The notes under the pieces were generated by a model. The model saw only the letters and a list, made by a program, of their open reading frames with translations, made no database searches and was not told the DNA's origin. Positions 17,886 to 24,066 of a stretch of 32,000 bases of DNA are shown here, piece after piece. The stretch spans positions 1 through 32,000 of the forward strand of contig JACQUA010000037.1 in NCBI GenBank assembly GCA_016210565.1, read 5' to 3'. The DNA comes from Chloroflexota bacterium (GTDB lineage: Bacteria > Chloroflexota > Dehalococcoidia > JACQUA01). A program made the position numbers and the translations under genes. Position 1 is the first letter of the stretch. Every line of letters begins with the position of its first letter.

Positions 17886-18518
17886 ATGGCAACGGGTAAT
17901 ATTTTGACGAGACTGGAGGACGTGGCATCCCCGGCGCATACGGCGCTGGTGGTCATCGACGTCCAGAATGACTTCTGCCACCCGGAGGGCGCCATCGGGC
18001 GCAGCGGCAACGACCTGGGCCTTGTCCAGCAGATACTGCCGGGACTGTCCGCGTTCCTGTTGGGCGCGCGCCGGCTGGGGGTGAAGCCCGTCTTTATCCG
18101 GAACGTTTACAGCGCCCGCTATGTTCCGGTGTCCATGAGGGAGGCCCTGGAACGCAGGGGGTCTAAACCGAACTGCCTGCCCGGTAGCTGGGGCGCCGGT
18201 TTTGTGGAAAGTTGCGGCCCGGAAAAGGATGAGCTGGTCTTCGAAAAGCACTGTTACGATGCCACTACCAACAGGCGTTTTACCAGCTTCCTGAAGTCAG
18301 GAAACTATAGGACCGTGGTGTACTGCGGGGTGATGACCAACGTTTGCGTGGAGACCACCGCCAGGTCGACGGCCATGGCTGGATACTATCTGGTCGTGGT
18401 GGAAGACTGCGTCGCGAGTTACGACCGCGAAAGCCACCGGGTTACGCTCCGGAACCTGGACAAATACTTCGGGAGGGTGGTAAAGTCGGCCGACCTGCTG
18501 GCTGGCTGGGCCAGATGA
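17886..18518 (+). CDS. Isochorismatase-fold cysteine hydrolase
   Basis: Asp/Lys/Cys triad contexts: VVIDVQNDFCHPEG, LVFEKHCYDATT, VVYCGVMTNVCVETTARSTAMAGYYLVVVEDCVAS. Start ATG 17886 chosen; the ORF-track extension is repeat sequence. Confidence 0.82.
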   Translation: MATGNILTRLEDVASPAHTALVVIDVQNDFCHPEGAIGRSGNDLGLVQQILPGLSAFLLGARRLGVKPVFIRNVYSARYVPVSMREALERRGSKPNCLPGSWGAGFVESCGPEKDELVFEKHCYDATTNRRFTSFLKSGNYRTVVYCGVMTNVCVETTARSTAMAGYYLVVVEDCVASYDRESHRVTLRNLDKYFGRVVKSADLLAGWAR

Positions 18519-18547
18519 TGGCGGCAAACGATGAAGCTACGCGAAAG

Positions 18548-18556
18548 TGCTATAAT
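18548..18556 (+). promoter_or_regulatory. Candidate extended -10 promoter element TGCTATAAT upstream of UbiD paralog 2
   Basis: Exact TGnTATAAT match. No convincing -35. Would give a ~145 nt leader containing a palindromic repeat. Confidence 0.3.
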
Positions 18557-18580
18557 ACAGTCTCCTTAGCCCAGGATTCC

Positions 18581-18647
18581 GTAGGGGCAGACCCGTCCCG
18601 ACTTGTCGGGACCCGCGTGGCGGGCGAACACCGGGGTTCGCCCCTAC
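18581..18647. repeat. Nested palindromic element GTAGGGGC[…GTCCCGACTTGTCGGGAC…]GCCCCTAC
   Basis: Outer arms GTAGGGGC/GCCCCTAC and inner arms GTCCCGAC/GTCGGGAC read directly. Confidence 0.75.
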
Positions 18648-18706
18648 GGAGCGATTCGCAACGTGCGGTCTCTGGTCCGGGACCGAAACCAGAAGGGATA
18701 ACAGAT

Positions 18707-20224
18707 TTGTTGAAACCTCAGCTTAAGAACCTGCGGAGCACCGTACCCTATTTGAAGAGACTCGGTGACTTGATGGTGGTGAGAGGGGCGGTGGACCCCA
18801 TCTATGAAATCGCAGGCATCCAGAAAGCCCTGGACGGTGGGCCGGCCCTTCTTTTCGAAAACATCAAGGGCTATCCCGGGGTGCGCGATATCGGTAATGT
18901 GTTCAGCCAGAAGTCCCGGGCGCCTTTGCTGTTTGCGGTGGACGGCCCCCGGGAATTCAAGTTGCTCTGCCGGCAGGCGATCGCTAGGCCGCTGCGGCCC
19001 CGGGTGGTGAAGCAGGCCCCGAGCCAGGAAGTGGTCGTCACCGAGAAGCTGGATGTCCCGGCCACGTTACCCATCCTCAAGCATACCGACAGGGACGGCG
19101 GGCGCATCCTGGGGAGCGGGGTTATCCTGGTGGGCGGGGAGTTCTTCAAAGGGGGAAGGGAACTATCCTTCAAACGCATGAACTTCCGTGGCAAGGACTG
19201 GGGCAGCATCAAGGCCCTCCGGGGCACGCACTTCGGCGACCTGGCCCTGAAGGAGCACCGCGGCGCAACGATTCCCCTGACGGTGAATATCGCCCCTCCT
19301 CCGGCGGTGCTGGTTGTGGCCGGAGGCGGCTCACTCCATGCCATCGTGCCCGCCGGCGCCGATGAGCTGGCCATCGCCGGCGGACTTCAGGACTCGCCGG
19401 TCGCCCTGGTCAAAGCCCGGACCGTGGATGCCTACGCCATCGCCGAAGCCGAGTGGGTGATCGAAGGATATGTGGATACAAGGGAGAGAGTCTGGGAGAC
19501 CGACGAGGCGGAGAAAACGGGGAAGTTCGGCGCCGCGCCCTTCTTCCCGGAATGGGCCGGCTACATGGGCTGGGCGGTGCGCACGCTCAAGTTCCACGCC
19601 ACGGCCATTACCCATCGCCGGGACGGGCCTATCTTTTTCAGTCCGTTGGCCCGCTCTTTCGAAGGGGATAACCTCGTGGCCATGCTCCGGGAGGCCTGTT
19701 TTTGGGAGCTGGCGGAGCGGGAGTATCCGGGATTCGTCCAGGATGTGAACATCCTCCACGGAGTCACCGCTTCCAGCGGCGTCGTTTTCCAGGTGAGGAA
19801 GGGTGGCGCTGAAGAAGGGTTCCAGCGCAATCTTATCGGCAGCGCCTTTGCCGCCTCGCCGACCATGCGAATGGTGGTGGTGGTGGACGAGGATATCGAC
19901 ATATACAGCGCCGAAGATGTGCTGTGGGCGATCACCACCCGGTGTCAACCGGGTAGCGGGGTCATCAGAGGCCCGGGCGGGCGGAGGATTGTGATGTTCC
20001 CTTCGGACACCCTGGGCGCCACCGGAGAGGATGGGGACTTCCTGGTGGAAGCCGGTATCGGCTTTGATGCTACGGTACCCCTGCCGGCAAAGGTCCACTT
20101 CGAGAGACCCCATTTCCCCGTGGACAAAGTCGATCTTAAACGCTGGTTCACCGAGAGGGACCTCGTCAAAGCCAGGTTGAAACAGAGTGAATACGGTAAG
20201 GTACTGGGCCTCAACGGGTGGTAA
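18707..20224 (+). CDS. UbiD-family decarboxylase, divergent subtype (paralog 2)
   Basis: LKNLRSTVPYLKRLGDLMVVRGAVDPIYEIAGIQKAL aligns with the N-termini of the other two paralogs. SFKRMNFRGKDW, AEAEWVIEGYVD, APFFPEWAGYMG, VVDEDIDIYSAEDVLWAI. TTG start (18707 or 18710) preceded by AGAAGGG; the ORF-track start at 18344 is spurious. Confidence 0.88.
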   Translation: MLKPQLKNLRSTVPYLKRLGDLMVVRGAVDPIYEIAGIQKALDGGPALLFENIKGYPGVRDIGNVFSQKSRAPLLFAVDGPREFKLLCRQAIARPLRPRVVKQAPSQEVVVTEKLDVPATLPILKHTDRDGGRILGSGVILVGGEFFKGGRELSFKRMNFRGKDWGSIKALRGTHFGDLALKEHRGATIPLTVNIAPPPAVLVVAGGGSLHAIVPAGADELAIAGGLQDSPVALVKARTVDAYAIAEAEWVIEGYVDTRERVWETDEAEKTGKFGAAPFFPEWAGYMGWAVRTLKFHATAITHRRDGPIFFSPLARSFEGDNLVAMLREACFWELAEREYPGFVQDVNILHGVTASSGVVFQVRKGGAEEGFQRNLIGSAFAASPTMRMVVVVDEDIDIYSAEDVLWAITTRCQPGSGVIRGPGGRRIVMFPSDTLGATGEDGDFLVEAGIGFDATVPLPAKVHFERPHFPVDKVDLKRWFTERDLVKARLKQSEYGKVLGLNGW

Positions 20225-20250
20225 AAGAAGATCAAAGGCCGAAATGGAAT

Positions 20251-20338
20251 GTCACTGCGAGCGAAGCGAAGGAATCCCCCAGTTGGCTCTACATCCGGGG
20301 GATTGCTTCGTCCCGAATAAATCGGGACTCGCAATGAC
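20251..20338. repeat. MITE-like element GTCACTGCGAGCGAAGCGAAGGAATCCCCC…GGGGGATTGCTTCGTCCCGA…TCGGGACTCGCAATGAC
   Basis: Terminal inverted repeats plus internal inverted segments. Half-elements match the 31.2-31.5 kb repeat region. Confidence 0.75.
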
Positions 20339-20364
20339 GGTCAATAACTCAAGGAACTCATCCT

Positions 20365-22008
20365 ATGGCTAAGCCAGTGCGCTTTACCCCTGAAATGATA
20401 AAGCACTACCAGAGCCTGGGAATCTGGACCTCTGACAGGCTTTCCGAATACTGGGACAAGAACGCCGCGGAACGTCCGGACAGGGAAGCCGTGGCAGACT
20501 CGCGGGGCAGGCTGACCTGGGCGCAGGCAAAGCAGTGGATCGACCGCATGGCCCTGGGACTGCTGGGACTCGGCTTTACCAGGGATGACATGCTGGCGGT
20601 GCAACTCCCTAACTGTGTCGAGCTCATGCTGCTCCGGATAGCCACGGAAAAGGTCTGTGTGCTGTGCCTGCCCGTCCTGAGGACCTTCCGCCAACAGGAA
20701 ATGGAATATATTCTGAAACGGACCGGGGCGGTGGGGCTGGTCGTCCCGTGGCGCTATCGCGGCTTCGATTATTTCCAGATGGTACAGGAAATAAGACCGG
20801 CTCTGCCGAACCTGAAACACGTGATCTCAGCCTGGGACGACATCCCTCCGGGTACGATTCCGCTAAAGGGCATCGTCGAGAAGCCTTCGGAGCGGGACTA
20901 CCCCGGCGACTATCTGAAGAAGACCACCTGCCCCCCCGTGGAGTACTCTCTGGTATTGACCACCAGCGGAACGACGGGATTCCCCAAGTTCGTGGAACAC
21001 CCGGTGTGCAGCCGCATCTATATCGGGAAGGTCTACGCCAAGGGCTGGAAGATCACCGAGAGCGACGTGATCGGCGTACTGGGTCCGGCCGCCACAGGCC
21101 CCAACCACGCCGCTTACTGGTCGGCCCCCTTGGTGGGCGCCCGGTGCGTCATGCTGGAGCATTTCGAAGCGGAGGCCGCCCTGCGACTGATTGAAAAGGA
21201 AAGAATAACGTTTACCGGTTTTGTCCCGGCGCAGCTCGCCCTTCTGCTGCGGCACCCCAATTTCGACCGCTACGACCTTAGCTCGCTGAGGTGCGTTGTG
21301 TGCACCGGCGCTCCTTTGAGCTACAAGCTGGGCGTTGAGGCTGAGGCGAAGCTGAAATGTCCCATCGTCCAGTCGTACGGCTCGGTAGACGCCGGCGGCT
21401 CGATGATGCACTACCCCGAAGACTCCCAGGAAGTCCGCCTTCTCACGGCAGGTCGCCCCATGCCGGGTGTGGAAATGAAAATAGTTGATGACTCCGGCCG
21501 GGAGGCGCCCAGGGGGGCGGTGGGCGAGGTCTGGGTCCGCGGTCCAACGTTCGTTTCCGGCTACTACAAAGACCCGGAAGCTACCTCCCATGGCTGGACG
21601 CCCGATGGCTGGTTCCAGATGGGCGATCTCGGGAAGTGGAATGACGGCAACATCATGATTGTCGGACGCAAGAAAGACATGATCATCCGGGGCGGCCAGA
21701 ATGTCTATCCCGTGGAGATTGAGAACTTGCTGGTACTGCATCCCAAAGTGGCCGGCGTCGCCGTCGTGGGTATGCCCGACCCGGTCATGGGAGAACGGGC
21801 CTGTGCCTTCGTCGTGCCCAGGCCGGGCGCGGAGTTCACTTTTGAGGAGATGGTCTCATTCCTGAAGGAAAAGAACATCGCCATGTTCAAAATTCCGGAG
21901 CGCCTCGAACTGCTGGAGCGTTTCCCGATGGTGGCCGCCGACCAGAAGGTAGACAAGAAGGTCTTGCAGCAAATCATCCGCGACAAGCTGGCCGGCGAGG
22001 GGAAGTAG
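20365..22008 (+). CDS. AMP-dependent acyl/aryl acid ligase (DhbE/EntE-like), ligase B
   Basis: LTTSGTTGFPKFV, GDLGKWNDGNIMIVGRKKDMIIRGGQNVYPVEIENLL, AADQKVDKKVLQQII. Colinear full-length homolog of ligase A. Confidence 0.9.
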   Translation: MAKPVRFTPEMIKHYQSLGIWTSDRLSEYWDKNAAERPDREAVADSRGRLTWAQAKQWIDRMALGLLGLGFTRDDMLAVQLPNCVELMLLRIATEKVCVLCLPVLRTFRQQEMEYILKRTGAVGLVVPWRYRGFDYFQMVQEIRPALPNLKHVISAWDDIPPGTIPLKGIVEKPSERDYPGDYLKKTTCPPVEYSLVLTTSGTTGFPKFVEHPVCSRIYIGKVYAKGWKITESDVIGVLGPAATGPNHAAYWSAPLVGARCVMLEHFEAEAALRLIEKERITFTGFVPAQLALLLRHPNFDRYDLSSLRCVVCTGAPLSYKLGVEAEAKLKCPIVQSYGSVDAGGSMMHYPEDSQEVRLLTAGRPMPGVEMKIVDDSGREAPRGAVGEVWVRGPTFVSGYYKDPEATSHGWTPDGWFQMGDLGKWNDGNIMIVGRKKDMIIRGGQNVYPVEIENLLVLHPKVAGVAVVGMPDPVMGERACAFVVPRPGAEFTFEEMVSFLKEKNIAMFKIPERLELLERFPMVAADQKVDKKVLQQIIRDKLAGEGK

Positions 22009-22059
22009 CCAGTAGTGAGTAGCGAGTAGTGAGTAGGCAGTAGCCAGTAGCCAGTAGCA
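22006..22059. repeat. Short simple repeat of (G)CCAGTAG/CGAGTAG/TGAGTAG units beginning at the ligase B stop codon
   Basis: TAGCCAGTAGTGAGTAGCGAGTAGTGAGTAGGCAGTAGCCAGTAGCCAGTAG. Confidence 0.85.
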
Positions 22060-22128
22060 CAGACGTCCCGCCTGTGACAGCGATCAGTAGTAGGTCGGGC
22101 TGGCTGCGCGAACCCACCGAACCCGGTA

Positions 22129-22208
22129 CGACGGGCTTCCAGCCCGTCGGCTTCGGTCTCGTCCCTGCGGGCGGGACGCAGGGAATCGCTACGGGCAGGA
22201 CGCCCGTA
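22129..22208. repeat. Three tandem hairpins upstream of UbiD paralog 3
   Basis: CGACGGGCT-TCC-AGCCCGTCG (22129-22149), TCCCTGCG-GGCGGGA-CGCAGGGA (22162-22184), TACGGGC-AGGAC-GCCCGTA (22190-22208). Confidence 0.8.
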
Positions 22209-22230
22209 ATACTTTTAGTTAGGAGAAGAA

Positions 22231-23766
22231 ATGCCCTCTCGAAACAAGAACGAAGCTATCAGGAGCTTGAGGAGCACAGTCGACTTGCTGGAGCAGAGTG
22301 GGGAGTTGCTGAGAATAAAGGGTGAGGTGGACCCTATCTATGAAATATCGGGTATTCAAATGGCCCTGGAGTCCGGCCCGGCCATACTTTTCGAAAACAT
22401 CAAGGGCTATCCCCACGCCAGGGACATCGGCAATGTTTTCGCCCGGCGGGACAGGATCGCGAAGATGTTCGGGACCGACGACCACCGCCAGTTGAAGTTC
22501 AAGTGCATCGATGCCATGACCAACCCCATAAAGCCCAGGGTTGTGGAGCGCGCCGCCTGCCAGGAAGTGGTCATCAAAGAAAACATCGATGTCCTCAACT
22601 ATTTGCCCGTGCTGAAGCATACCGTCAAGGACGGGGGACGCATCATCGGCGGCGGCAACATGTTCATCAGCGGCAAGTACTTCAAGGGCGGCACCCACGT
22701 GTCCTTCAACCGGACCCATTTCCAGGGGAAGGACTGGGCCAGCATGCAGGCCTTTGTCGGCACCCACCTCGGGGACAGCTTCTTTGTCCACCGGGGCGAA
22801 CAGGTGCCGATGACCATCAACATCGGCAATCCGCCGGCGGTGACTTTCGTCGCCGGCGGCACGGTGATGCACACCCTGCTCCCCCGGGGGACCGACAAGC
22901 TGGGCATCGCCGGGGCGTTGCAGGGCTACCCGGTAGACATTGTGCCGTGCAAGACGGTGGATGCTTTCGCCATTGCCGAGGCGGAATGGGTGATCGAAGG
23001 CTACATGGACACGACTGAGCGGGTCTGGGAAAGCCCCGAAGCCAACAAGGTGGAAGCCTACGGCGCAGCGCCCTTCTTCCCGGAGTGGCCGGGTTACATG
23101 GGACGGGCCATGAAGACATTCAAGTTTCAGGCTACGGCCATTACCCACCGGAAAGACCGCCCCATCTTCTTCAGCCCGCTGGCCCATTCCTATGAGGGGG
23201 ATATTCTGTGCGCCATGCTCCGGGAGGCCTGTTTGTACGAGCTGGTTGACCGGCTGATACCGGGTCTGGTGAAAGATGTCTACATCCTGGACGGCGTCGG
23301 GCCGCGCGCCCACGTCATCTTCCAGGTGGAGAAAAGAAGGCCTGGCGACGAGGGCTACTCGAAAAACATCATCACCGCCGCTTTTGGCGCCACCCAGGGC
23401 CTCTACCTGGTCGTGGTGGTCGACGAGGACGTCGATATCTACAGCGCGGATGACGTGATGTGGGCCATCATCACCAGGTTGAACCCCGAGACGGGCATTC
23501 TGCGTGGCACCGTGGGTGGGCGGGGCTCGCCGATGATGCCCCTGGAGAGAGTCGGCTTGAGCGGCAAGGTGGTGGGTGAGTTCCATTATCCGGGCGGCCT
23601 CGGTCTGGACTGCACCGTTCCTTTTGGCGAAAAGTGGGCCTTCGACCGGGGGAGATACCCGGTGGACCGCGTCGATTTGAAGAGATGGCTAACGGACGAG
23701 CAGATTGCGGCCGTCAAGGCCGTCCAGCCTGACTTTGCGAAACTGATGGCAAAGAGGGGTGGTTAG
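22231..23766 (+). CDS. UbiD-family decarboxylase, divergent subtype (paralog 3)
   Basis: LFENIKGYPHARDIGNVFARRDRIAKMFG, SFNRTHFQGKDW, AEAEWVIEGYMD, APFFPEWPGYMG, VVDEDVDIYSADDVMWAI. RBS AGGAGAAG. Confidence 0.9.
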   Translation: MPSRNKNEAIRSLRSTVDLLEQSGELLRIKGEVDPIYEISGIQMALESGPAILFENIKGYPHARDIGNVFARRDRIAKMFGTDDHRQLKFKCIDAMTNPIKPRVVERAACQEVVIKENIDVLNYLPVLKHTVKDGGRIIGGGNMFISGKYFKGGTHVSFNRTHFQGKDWASMQAFVGTHLGDSFFVHRGEQVPMTINIGNPPAVTFVAGGTVMHTLLPRGTDKLGIAGALQGYPVDIVPCKTVDAFAIAEAEWVIEGYMDTTERVWESPEANKVEAYGAAPFFPEWPGYMGRAMKTFKFQATAITHRKDRPIFFSPLAHSYEGDILCAMLREACLYELVDRLIPGLVKDVYILDGVGPRAHVIFQVEKRRPGDEGYSKNIITAAFGATQGLYLVVVVDEDVDIYSADDVMWAIITRLNPETGILRGTVGGRGSPMMPLERVGLSGKVVGEFHYPGGLGLDCTVPFGEKWAFDRGRYPVDRVDLKRWLTDEQIAAVKAVQPDFAKLMAKRGG

Positions 23767-23834
23767 GCTGTGGAGAAGTTAATGCAGACGCACTACATTG
23801 ACCCGGATTACGCATCAGGCCGGCGGGGTTGTAG

Positions 23835-23855
23835 CCGCAGGTCTTTAGCCTGCGG
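23835..23855. repeat. Short palindromic element CCGCAGGTCTTTAGCCTGCGG
   Basis: 7-bp stem CCGCAGG/CCTGCGG. Same style as the other small palindromes. Confidence 0.6.
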
Positions 23856-24066
23856 GGGTGGGGAAAAGTGAAGCCCACGAATAGTTCATGTATAGAATAT
23901 TGTGTCATCTCATCGTCTCTGTGTTCTCGGGTGTCTCTGTGGTGAAAGCTCACGCTTTTCGTTGGCACACCGCACGTTGCTCGGGCGTGACTCGCTCATC
24001 TTCATCCTTGAATATTGCCGCTGATAGCCGAAAGCTGATAGCTGTTAACTTTTCGATGGAGGAAAC

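Noticed and set aside
22219-23586. 455-aa minus-strand ORF
   Set aside because: Antisense shadow of UbiD paralog 3. Similar shadows at 19331-20113 and 20863-21741 are rejected for the same reason.
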